64,000 nt of DNA from a virus: IMG/VR virus record IMGVR_UViG_3300030060_007988; one strand, written 5' to 3'. Made by a program: the position numbers and the translations under genes. Below are positions 1 through 8,663 of this stretch, piece after piece. The notes below the pieces were generated by a model. That model did no database searches. It had not been told where the DNA came from and saw nothing but the letters and a program-made list of their open reading frames with translations. Within the stretch, counting starts at the first letter, position 1. Every line of letters starts with the position of its first letter.

Positions 1-1
1 A

Positions 2-1081
2 AATTTAAGAAGTGGGTTTAGATCTTTAAGAGGTACACCAAAACCAACTAAACTTCCACCAACCAAAGTTCCTCTAACAAAATCCGGTAAACCTGACATG
101 AGATTTAAAGTTAACAAAGTACCTCCACCAAAAGGACCAAATGTTAACATTAAAACTCCACCAAAAGGACCAACAAGTGGTTCACCTTTCAAAATGCCAG
201 GGGCTCCACCAGGTGCACCAACTCCAGGGGCTCCACCTAAACCAAGTGGTGGCGGAAATATTTTTTCTCGTGGATTTAATAAAGTAATGAATTTTGGAAG
301 TAATGTTGCATCATCTGTAAAGGCTAAGGTGGCTCCGTATACGCCGTCACAACTATTTAAAAAAATGGGACCTGGCGTATTTAAGTTTCTTAAAGGAATA
401 CCAGTTCTTGCAGCTGCAATAGAAACTATATTTGCTGGAATGCAAATAGGTCAGCTTGTTGCTTCAGGAGCAGAACCTAATTCCATTGCACAAGGAATAG
501 GAAAAATAGTCATGCAAAGTATTGGAGGTTTAGCTGGTGGTGCAATAGCGTCAACAATGACTACAACAATAATGCAAGCTGTTGGATCATTAATTCCTGG
601 AATTGGAAATGTTGGAATGGGACTATTAAATGCAGCTGTAGGTACGGCAGTATACTTGGCAGGTGATGCTGCTGGTAGATGGTTGGCAGGAATGGTTGCT
701 GATAATGTAGATCTAACTGGTGTTGGTAAGTTTGTTACAAAAACATTTGCACCAGATACATACGGAAAAATATTTGGAGATGGAGGTGATACGGCAGATG
801 ACTTTATATGGAGAGGTGGTCCAGGTGGTGGAATACAAAAATTCAATAAAGACGATTTAATAATTGGAGGAACAAAATTAAGAAGTGAAAGTGGAACTGA
901 AACAGCACCAACCAGTGGACCAATGCTAGATGAAGGAACAATAAATAAAATAAATGGAACAATGACAGCAATTGCTTCATGGTTATCGCAACCACTAGGT
1001 CCTAAAGTCGCAATAACAAATGCAAATGGACAAATTCTAGGTGAAATGATATTTAAAGATGATACAGGGCAAGTACAATAA
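2..1081 (+). CDS. Tape-measure-like tail protein, C-terminal part (5'-truncated by window edge)
   Basis: Frame is open from nt 2 (NLRSGFRS...LTKSGKPDMRFK). Pro/Gly-rich repeats, long Gly/Ala hydrophobic helices and a DDFIWR...KFNKDD motif; lies immediately upstream of baseplate genes. Confidence 0.6.
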   Translation, partial: NLRSGFRSLRGTPKPTKLPPTKVPLTKSGKPDMRFKVNKVPPPKGPNVNIKTPPKGPTSGSPFKMPGAPPGAPTPGAPPKPSGGGNIFSRGFNKVMNFGSNVASSVKAKVAPYTPSQLFKKMGPGVFKFLKGIPVLAAAIETIFAGMQIGQLVASGAEPNSIAQGIGKIVMQSIGGLAGGAIASTMTTTIMQAVGSLIPGIGNVGMGLLNAAVGTAVYLAGDAAGRWLAGMVADNVDLTGVGKFVTKTFAPDTYGKIFGDGGDTADDFIWRGGPGGGIQKFNKDDLIIGGTKLRSESGTETAPTSGPMLDEGTINKINGTMTAIASWLSQPLGPKVAITNANGQILGEMIFKDDTGQVQ

Positions 1082-3165
1082 TGGCAATAGTTTCTAACAA
1101 TACAGACTTAAAAACCTTCTTTGAACAACAAGGTACCCAGATGCATAATGTGTCATCACCTCAGTTTGAACAAAAGTTTGATATTGAATCACAATATCGT
1201 GATGTAAATGGTGAATTAGGTGATAGCAATGTAGGTGTTGGGGTTGAAGAGGTAAACTATACAAATACTATCACAAACATTACAACACCTGAATTTGGAA
1301 ACACATATGTAATAGATAGTACTTATGGCGATGTAAATGGTACTTTTATAGATACAACTCCAAAGGAAGGAATACAACTACAAACAACAGATTCACCTGA
1401 AGGATTTGGTAGCTTTGGAACAAATGTAATAGTTCCTGGTCCACCAACATCAACTAAATTTACAAATGGACCTTTTTCAATTGATAGGACATATAGTGAT
1501 GTACATGGTCAACGTGGAGACCAATCAGTTAAAGAAGGAATACAGTTACAAACTATAGAATCAACAGCAGGTATAGGTACTTTTGGTACAAATGTTGCTC
1601 CAAATGGAAACCTATTTAACATAGGTACCCCATACACTGCAATTGAAGTAAACGGAACATTTGGAAGATATACAGATGGGGCTGACTTTTTAATTAGTTC
1701 AAATATTGACACGGTTGGCCAATCTGCATTTGCAACTAATCCGGCCAGTGATATCAACAACTTTGATTTTACAAAATATAGTAACCTAAATAAGTATAGT
1801 GATCAGGTCGAGGTAAATGATGCAGATGAATCTTTAAGTCCACTTGCAAATCTTTCACTAAAAGATGATAAAGCAAAATTAAAAGAACAGTATAAAAAAT
1901 TCAACTTAAGAAAGGATTCGCCACAAAGTGCAAATTTTGGAGGTCCTTTAGCTGAACCGTTTATTCTTAGAGGTATACAGAATCCTAATATACTAAGACC
2001 TCAAACTTATGGTCCTGGATTAGGTGTAGACATAATAGATAACTTCATAACTTATGGCGTTAGAAAAGTAGTTGATTTATTACGTCTAGGAAAATATTAC
2101 TTATCAGCTGAAGGTGTAGCATTCATTTTGAAAAATTTATCATTTGGAAGTATCTTTGCTTCTAAAGGGCCACTTAAGTTATACATATCAGGAAAAACAG
2201 GAATTGGTGTTAAGCATTCATATGCAACAACTGATTTTCTAGGAATGAAAGTTGCAAAAGCAAGTAGGCTTGGAGGAATAAGAGATGTTGATTTTAGAAG
2301 ATACTTAGGACCTGCAGGTGGACCTCCTCTTGGACCACCAATTCCATATGAACCCCAATTTACTAGAAACTGGGAATCAGGAGATCAAGAAGGAAAAAGA
2401 TTAGTTGCAGATAAAGGCTTTGCAAGGCCGTGGTCAGGACTACTTGATGGTGCTGAAGAAGTTGATGGGGATGAAACTCTTTTATCATTTAGAAAAGCAC
2501 TTTTCATGGATAAAATAAATGGTCTTAAAACACAAAAGGCAAAATCAACTGCTGATGAAGGAAATCAATTAATTGCATTCTATTTAACTGGAATTGGTGA
2601 TAGTGGTGATTTAGAAAACTATATGTACTTCAGGGCAACAATTACAGGAATTTCTGATAACTTCTCCCCTAATTGGAATCCAGTTGAATATATAGGAAGA
2701 CCTTCCGGAACAGCCGTATATCAAAACACTCAAAGATCATTATCATTTAGTTTTAAAGTATATGCACAAATGCAAGCTGAAATGGCTGGGATGTGGAATA
2801 AGATTAATAAATTAGCAACATATTGTTATCCAAAGTATGTAGGAGTTGATGGTGATAGAATGCAAGGTCCTATGATGTCTTTAACTATAGGTGACTTATA
2901 TGTAGATCTAAAAGGATATATGACAAGCTTATCGTATTCTTTTCCAGATGATTTATATTGGGATGTAAACCAAGTAAGTGCAACATTAAGCCCAGACAAC
3001 TCACAATATCAACTACCTAGAGCAATTGATGTAACATTACAATTTGTACCTCTAAATCACCAATTAGAAGATAGAGGAAAACAACTTAATTTATATGGCC
3101 CAGCAATAGACACTGATAAGCCATTAATTGCTCAAGGAAATAGAATAAAATATTATGATGATTAG
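1081..3165 (+). CDS. Baseplate/tail-tube-initiator-like structural protein with N-terminal internal repeats
   Basis: C-terminal FRATITGISDNFSPNWNPVEYIGR...RSLSFSFKVYA...LTIGDLY segment is typical of contractile-tail tube-initiator proteins; precedes a LysM baseplate gene. Confidence 0.55.
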   Translation: MAIVSNNTDLKTFFEQQGTQMHNVSSPQFEQKFDIESQYRDVNGELGDSNVGVGVEEVNYTNTITNITTPEFGNTYVIDSTYGDVNGTFIDTTPKEGIQLQTTDSPEGFGSFGTNVIVPGPPTSTKFTNGPFSIDRTYSDVHGQRGDQSVKEGIQLQTIESTAGIGTFGTNVAPNGNLFNIGTPYTAIEVNGTFGRYTDGADFLISSNIDTVGQSAFATNPASDINNFDFTKYSNLNKYSDQVEVNDADESLSPLANLSLKDDKAKLKEQYKKFNLRKDSPQSANFGGPLAEPFILRGIQNPNILRPQTYGPGLGVDIIDNFITYGVRKVVDLLRLGKYYLSAEGVAFILKNLSFGSIFASKGPLKLYISGKTGIGVKHSYATTDFLGMKVAKASRLGGIRDVDFRRYLGPAGGPPLGPPIPYEPQFTRNWESGDQEGKRLVADKGFARPWSGLLDGAEEVDGDETLLSFRKALFMDKINGLKTQKAKSTADEGNQLIAFYLTGIGDSGDLENYMYFRATITGISDNFSPNWNPVEYIGRPSGTAVYQNTQRSLSFSFKVYAQMQAEMAGMWNKINKLATYCYPKYVGVDGDRMQGPMMSLTIGDLYVDLKGYMTSLSYSFPDDLYWDVNQVSATLSPDNSQYQLPRAIDVTLQFVPLNHQLEDRGKQLNLYGPAIDTDKPLIAQGNRIKYYDD
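1190..1600 (+). repeat. Degenerate intragenic repeats (YxDVNG; KEGIQLQT..S..G.G.FGTNV)
   Basis: YRDVNG/YGDVNG/YSDVHG, and KEGIQLQTTDSPEGFGSFGTNV vs KEGIQLQTIESTAGIGTFGTNV. Confidence 0.75.
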
Positions 3166-3176
3166 GAGGTATGTAA

Positions 3177-3482
3177 ATGTCAAGCAGATATTCAAATACA
3201 AAAATTAAAAAGGATGATAAAGGTAAACTTCAATATGGTACAACTATTTATCCAACACTTCCTCCACAATCAAGTGATGTATTTGTTATGACCCAACCTG
3301 GTGATAGATTAGATCTATTAGCAAATCAATATTATGGTGACCAGGATCTTTGGTGGATAATTGCAAATGCAAATGATGATTGCGGAAAAGGATCAACAGC
3401 CGTACCACCTAATAAACAACTAAGAATACCTATGAATCCTACTGCATATAAACAGGCCTTAAAGCAAGCACAAGGAGAATAG
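3177..3482 (+). CDS. LysM-domain baseplate protein (T4 gp53 / P2 gpX-like)
   Basis: GDRLDLLANQYYGDQDLWWIIANAN...LRIP signature; AGGAGG SD upstream. Confidence 0.85.
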   Translation: MSSRYSNTKIKKDDKGKLQYGTTIYPTLPPQSSDVFVMTQPGDRLDLLANQYYGDQDLWWIIANANDDCGKGSTAVPPNKQLRIPMNPTAYKQALKQAQGE

Positions 3483-3485
3483 TTT

Positions 3486-5957
3486 ATGAGAGGGTTATTT
3501 CTAGAACCTATTGACAATGTAATACAGCAAGAGCTTGTTCGTAGGAGAAAAATACTATCGGCTGCAAACAGAAGTAAATCAGCAACAACAGGTACAAGTT
3601 TTGAATGGGAAGAATACTTTGGTAAAACTCCTTGGATAAAAATAGTATCTAATGCAATGATTAAAAAGGCTGATGGAAGTTATGATGATCAAATAAGATT
3701 AAATCATATTCTTCAATCAGGTGTTGTTGATCCAAATGCACTAATACCTGGTACATTGGCACAAACAGCCGACCTATTTAGGCCAGATATGAGAATGACT
3801 CCTCTCCCTGCTCTAACAAGATTAACTGTTGAAACAAAGGGAAAATTAGGATCAATCAAGGAAGCAAAATTTACATTCACAGTTTATCACGAAGATGACC
3901 TTGACCTATATGAACAATTATATATGGTACCTGGGGTAACATTATGTGTTGAATATGGATGGAGTATTTACCAAGGAGTTACTATAGGTCAAGATCCAAG
4001 CTTGGTATCAAAGGATGATTATGCAAAAGCAATAATTGACGGAGTATTTAATTCGGACGGACCAGGTAGATATGATGGTTTATTAGGAATAGTTAAAAAC
4101 TTTAATTATAGTGTACAGCCAGATGGTTCATATGAATGTAGTGTAGAAGCAACAAGTCCTAATTCAATATTAATGGGTCTCACCAATCAGGATAGTGACA
4201 GATATCCTAAGTATGAAATGGTAATGGAAAACCAAGATGGTGAACCAGGACAAGTTAGACCTGTAAGACCAACGTCAATGATATATAGAATTTTAAGAAA
4301 GGGTGGATTAACAAAGGATGATTTAGATGGTACAGGAATATTAAAATATAATATATATGATACAGCTGCCGCTTCACCTAAAGAGGCTACTGGAAAAACA
4401 ATACTTGCCAACGCAGGCATAAAGGCTGACGGGGATTCACTACCCCACTGGATGAAAGTAAAAAGAGGTGATGAAAAATATAAGTACTATCATATAGTTG
4501 AACGTGAAGAAAATAAATATAAAGTAAATGGAACAGATTATGGTGCAGTAACTGGAGAAGAATCTGCCGTTATTGGATTTGAAACTTTATTTTCAGGTGA
4601 ATCAAAATCAACTACATATGTATCATACGGGTTTGTAGAAGACATAATAGTAAATAAATTTATGACACCTTTAGCTGTAAATGATAATGGTGATAATAAA
4701 GGAATAGCCACATTTGCAAGTATAGTTCCAGAATCAGATGGAAGTGGAGGAATAGCTAGCCTAGAAGGTGTTAAAATTGCAAATCCTAAAGGATTAATAT
4801 CATGTGATCCAAAAATATGTATACTACCAGGACAACAAAATATATTCACTAATGACAATGATGCAAAAGCATTAGCTGAAGAAGAATTCAATAAAACATA
4901 TTTGTCTGAAAAACAAAAGAAGGCATATAAAAAGGCCAAACAAAAGGCGCCAAAATTTAAAGATGAAGCACACTATAGGCATATAAATACTCCAGGTGAT
5001 TTTGCAAGATTCCAAGAAAAGGATGTAAAATCTAGACTTCAACAAGATGGAAAAGGTGAAACTCTAAATGCCTTTGATGCAGGTGATAACAAAGGATATC
5101 TTAGAAACATAATGATAAATTTAGATGTTGTAGAGCGTGCACTTCAATCCGTAAGAGACGATGAAAAAGTAAATGCAGTACAGTCATTTTTAATATCAAT
5201 TTTAAACAATGTAAATAGTGCATGCGGAGGTGTATGGGATTTTGTTGTTAGAACAGTTGATGAAGGAATATGGCCAAGATGTACAGTAATGGATGCATCT
5301 GAATCTGAAGATGTAGAGGTTAGTGATGGACCATCTGAACAATTTCAAGATGTTTTTGATTTAGGAGGCCTTTCAAAGTTTACACTATTACAGTCAATGA
5401 CAATGCAATCAAAGATACCTAATGGAATGAAGGCTATGGCGTATTTAGGTGCTGTGTCTAAATTATCCGATGGAGGTCAAGCAAAAAAGACCTTTGGCCA
5501 AAGTGCATATTCAAATAGCGTTGTTGATAGACTAACACAGAGTAGTGATATAGCATCAGACATTGAAGAACAAGAAAAGAGTGTAGAGACAGACCCTCAA
5601 GGAAACCCAACCGGAGATGCAGAGTCAGCAAAGACAAGAATGATTTTGTCACACTGGGTTCATACAGGTGGAGACGAAACTGCAATATCTGATACTAAGG
5701 AAGCATTAAAGGAATATGTGTTACAGGAAGAGTCAACAGGAAATGGTCACTATAAGGCACCAATACTTGCAATGGAAGGAGACTTTACACTTGAGGGTAT
5801 AAGTGGAATATTTATAGGTGCAGCCGTTACATCAAAACATGGACTTCCTAAAAGGAACCAAGATAGGGTTGCATTTCAGGTAATGGGTGTTTCACATAAC
5901 ATTGATGGAAAAACATGGACAACACAACTTAGAGGTATGATGAGAATAGTTTCATAA
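3486..5957 (+). CDS. Baseplate hub-like protein
   Basis: Follows the LysM gene; has VEYGW, GIVKNFNYS and a C-terminal FQVMGVSHNIDGKTWTTQL hub-type strand. Confidence 0.55.
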   Translation: MRGLFLEPIDNVIQQELVRRRKILSAANRSKSATTGTSFEWEEYFGKTPWIKIVSNAMIKKADGSYDDQIRLNHILQSGVVDPNALIPGTLAQTADLFRPDMRMTPLPALTRLTVETKGKLGSIKEAKFTFTVYHEDDLDLYEQLYMVPGVTLCVEYGWSIYQGVTIGQDPSLVSKDDYAKAIIDGVFNSDGPGRYDGLLGIVKNFNYSVQPDGSYECSVEATSPNSILMGLTNQDSDRYPKYEMVMENQDGEPGQVRPVRPTSMIYRILRKGGLTKDDLDGTGILKYNIYDTAAASPKEATGKTILANAGIKADGDSLPHWMKVKRGDEKYKYYHIVEREENKYKVNGTDYGAVTGEESAVIGFETLFSGESKSTTYVSYGFVEDIIVNKFMTPLAVNDNGDNKGIATFASIVPESDGSGGIASLEGVKIANPKGLISCDPKICILPGQQNIFTNDNDAKALAEEEFNKTYLSEKQKKAYKKAKQKAPKFKDEAHYRHINTPGDFARFQEKDVKSRLQQDGKGETLNAFDAGDNKGYLRNIMINLDVVERALQSVRDDEKVNAVQSFLISILNNVNSACGGVWDFVVRTVDEGIWPRCTVMDASESEDVEVSDGPSEQFQDVFDLGGLSKFTLLQSMTMQSKIPNGMKAMAYLGAVSKLSDGGQAKKTFGQSAYSNSVVDRLTQSSDIASDIEEQEKSVETDPQGNPTGDAESAKTRMILSHWVHTGGDETAISDTKEALKEYVLQEESTGNGHYKAPILAMEGDFTLEGISGIFIGAAVTSKHGLPKRNQDRVAFQVMGVSHNIDGKTWTTQLRGMMRIVS

Positions 5958-7204
5958 TGGCAAAGACATCATCAAAATACGGAGCAAATATAATACCACA
6001 ATCACCTGGTAGTTTTCTTACACCTGCATCAAAGCAAGTAAGAATAGGTGTTTCTGGAACATATCCCAATAGGAGATATCCTGATAATAAACCTGTTCCT
6101 GCAAAATTACCTGCAAACTACAATTTACCTCAAGTTCTAAAACAGAGATGTGGTGCTTGCGGATTGTTTCTTTCAGCGGCAGATCCTAGAGATGGAGGAT
6201 ATTGCCTTAAGTGGCAAGCATTGGTTAGACAAAAGTATTGGTGTAAAAGTTGGAAATCAAAAATTACTGATATAAATCAATCTGGAAACTATAAGCATTT
6301 ATATACTGCAGGATTTGAATTTGTTGATGAACAAGGACAGCTATATGAAGGATGGTATCATATACATCCAGACAAAGGTGCAATGGAAGGAAAGGTTCAT
6401 CAACCACAGCCACATAGAAGATTAACTGCATTAACTGTTGATGCAAAAGAATACCTTCTGTCTGTCCAAGGAGAATTATTACAACCAGGATCTGTTCCAC
6501 CTGTTGGACAGTACCTACCTTGGCCAACTTTAAAGGATTTTGAAAAAGGAACAATAAAAAGGGCATTTATTGAAAAAAGAAATGAACCTTTTATATTTGA
6601 AGTCAATCCTAAACTTGCAGGAAAAATCCATACTAAAATGGGACTAAATTTATATAAGTTAATAAAAATAGATTGGTACATATCAGGTCCAACTGAATTT
6701 TTAGAAAAAAAGAATTCTGAAGTTTTAGCCGAAGCTGAAGAAAATACTTTACTTTTAAAAGGAATGCTACAAAATTTAACACAACTATCCGATTTAAGAG
6801 AAACTGCCGCAAGACCAACCGAGGTTTCAAACTTGTATCATCCATCACCTATATCTAAAGGTGCACTAAATGCAGCTGGAAATCCAGTTAATGAAAATGC
6901 AACATTCAATCTTGATATGAAAACAGGTCCTGCATTTACAAAAACATATCAGCCTGCTAAACAACCTATTAATGAACCACCTCCTTCAAAGATAGTAAAT
7001 ATTCCAACAGCACCTTTTACTAGAGGAACATCAGGTAAATCTGGAAAAACAGGAACTCTGGTAGATGTAGCTGGTGTAACTGTATCTGCTAAAAAATCAG
7101 GACTATTACCAAAAGGTGAACCTATTGCAAAAGTATCAGTTGCTAAGAATAGACCTGTAAAAATGGTTAAGGTTTCAAAAGGTGGAGGAGGATCATCATA
7201 TTAG
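5957..7204 (+). CDS. Putative virion protein with HiPIP-like 4-Cys domain and His-rich motif
   Basis: QRCGACGLF...GGYC...V...YWCKSW; YEGWYHIHPDKGAMEGKVHQPQPH; GGGGSSY C-terminus. Confidence 0.5.
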   Translation: MAKTSSKYGANIIPQSPGSFLTPASKQVRIGVSGTYPNRRYPDNKPVPAKLPANYNLPQVLKQRCGACGLFLSAADPRDGGYCLKWQALVRQKYWCKSWKSKITDINQSGNYKHLYTAGFEFVDEQGQLYEGWYHIHPDKGAMEGKVHQPQPHRRLTALTVDAKEYLLSVQGELLQPGSVPPVGQYLPWPTLKDFEKGTIKRAFIEKRNEPFIFEVNPKLAGKIHTKMGLNLYKLIKIDWYISGPTEFLEKKNSEVLAEAEENTLLLKGMLQNLTQLSDLRETAARPTEVSNLYHPSPISKGALNAAGNPVNENATFNLDMKTGPAFTKTYQPAKQPINEPPPSKIVNIPTAPFTRGTSGKSGKTGTLVDVAGVTVSAKKSGLLPKGEPIAKVSVAKNRPVKMVKVSKGGGGSSY

Positions 7205-7237
7205 CGTCACCGCTGTTGTGCTTCCCTTGTTTTTTTA
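7202..7237 (+). terminator. Possible weak intrinsic terminator ending the structural module
   Basis: TAGCG-TCAC-CGCTG hairpin, followed about 15 nt later by a T-run. Confidence 0.3.
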
Positions 7238-7249
7238 TCATTAAAATAT

Positions 7250-7278
7250 TTTTTTATTTCAATTATTTTTGTTATATT
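7250..7278 (+). promoter_or_regulatory. Phage promoter motif TTTTTTAT-N13-GTTATATT, copy 1
   Basis: Exact bipartite motif with 13-nt spacer, upstream of the polA-like gene; 7 copies in the window. Confidence 0.75.
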
Positions 7279-7292
7279 ATAGACAATAAGTT

Positions 7293-8624
7293 ATGTTTAC
7301 AGAAAAAGAAAAATTACCAATTTTATTAGATATAGTTAATAAAGAACCTATAGTTGCATTACCAATAATGTCTGATTATAGCAAACACTATATGAATAGT
7401 GATATTAGTTTTCTATACATATTTACAGTAAAATCAAATAAGGAATTTATTATTTCATATAATCATTATGATATAGAAAGTAACATAACATATTCTAAAG
7501 ACCTACTAAAAAACTGCCCACAAATACATGTTTGGGATAGTAAAATATTTAGAAACCTATATATAAATGATAATGTAATTGATCATGGATTGATTAATTA
7601 TTTAGATATTAACTCCCAGCTAGACGCACAAAATTATGAAACACATACTCATAAATTTTATCAAAATGAATATTGGAAATATGGAAATATAAATAACATA
7701 ATACCAATAATGAAACATCTAGAAACATGTAGGCACATGACTAAATTGATCACCAATAAAATATCAATAGATTTACCAGAATCGTTTACACCATACAATG
7801 ATGATGTTATTAGAGTATATTCTCAAATTGAAAAATCAGGTTTATGTATTAATACTAATGAATTTTTAGAATCATTTGGTAAATATTCAAAAAAACATAT
7901 AAAAAACAATACTGTATTTACTCAATATAATATGTATACAACTACAGGCCGACCAAGTAATAGTCATGGTGGAGTAAACTATGCTGCACTTAATAAAGAT
8001 GATGGTTCACGTAAATGTTTTATTAGTAGACATGAAAATGGACGTTTAGTTGAATTTGATTTTGATTCATATCACTTAAGATTGATAGCAACAATAATAA
8101 ATGAAAAATTACCTGATTCTTCCATTCATAAATACTTTGGAAAAATGTATTTCAATAAAGAAAATCTATCGGCAGCTGAATATGTAAAGTCTAAAGAAAT
8201 ATCATTCAAAATATTGTATGGCGGTGTACCTGATGAATATAAACATATACCATTTTTTTCAAAAATAGATAGATTTATTAATGATTTATATAATGATATG
8301 CTAACATTTGGTTATGTAAAAACAGCATTGCTAAATAGAAAAATGATTGGTAAAAATTATGAATCATTAACCAGAACTAAACTATTTAATTATTACATAC
8401 AGGCAATGGAAACTGAAAGTAATGTAATAATGTTCGATAAAATACTAAACCTATTAAATGGTAAAAACACCAACCTAGTTTTAACCACATATGATTCTTT
8501 ACTTTTTGATTTTGATATTAATGAAGGAAAAAAATTACTAAATGATATAGAGTTATGTTTTGACTATCCTGTTAAAATGTCCGTTGGCAAAAATTATGAT
8601 TCAATGAAAATAGTGAATAAATAA
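7293..8624 (+). CDS. Short family-A DNA polymerase-like protein (no recognisable exonuclease motifs)
   Basis: TTTGRPSN, motif A EFDFDSYHLR, motif B KEISFKILYG, motif C TTYDSLLFD. Confidence 0.8.
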   Translation: MFTEKEKLPILLDIVNKEPIVALPIMSDYSKHYMNSDISFLYIFTVKSNKEFIISYNHYDIESNITYSKDLLKNCPQIHVWDSKIFRNLYINDNVIDHGLINYLDINSQLDAQNYETHTHKFYQNEYWKYGNINNIIPIMKHLETCRHMTKLITNKISIDLPESFTPYNDDVIRVYSQIEKSGLCINTNEFLESFGKYSKKHIKNNTVFTQYNMYTTTGRPSNSHGGVNYAALNKDDGSRKCFISRHENGRLVEFDFDSYHLRLIATIINEKLPDSSIHKYFGKMYFNKENLSAAEYVKSKEISFKILYGGVPDEYKHIPFFSKIDRFINDLYNDMLTFGYVKTALLNRKMIGKNYESLTRTKLFNYYIQAMETESNVIMFDKILNLLNGKNTNLVLTTYDSLLFDFDINEGKKLLNDIELCFDYPVKMSVGKNYDSMKIVNK

Positions 8625-8635
8625 AGTCCGGCTTT

Positions 8636-8643
8636 ATATTTAT
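8636..8643 (+). promoter_or_regulatory. Putative late-promoter-like element ATATTTAT
   Basis: Recurs upstream of genes at 11014, 16394, 22423 (GTATTTAT), 31537, 35653, 57790, 58233 and 58909; short and AT-rich, so partly expected by chance. Confidence 0.45.
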
Positions 8644-8663
8644 TATTTGTAAAGGATAATAAT

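Noticed and set aside
121-240. Short direct repeats (CTCCACCAAAAGGACCAA; CCAGGGGCTCCACC)
   Set aside because: Explained by PPKGP/PGAPP peptide repeats in the coding frame; not CRISPR or iterons.
8621-8637. ATAAAG-TCCGG-CTTTAT hairpin as a terminator
   Set aside because: AT-rich 6-bp stem, too weak to support a call.
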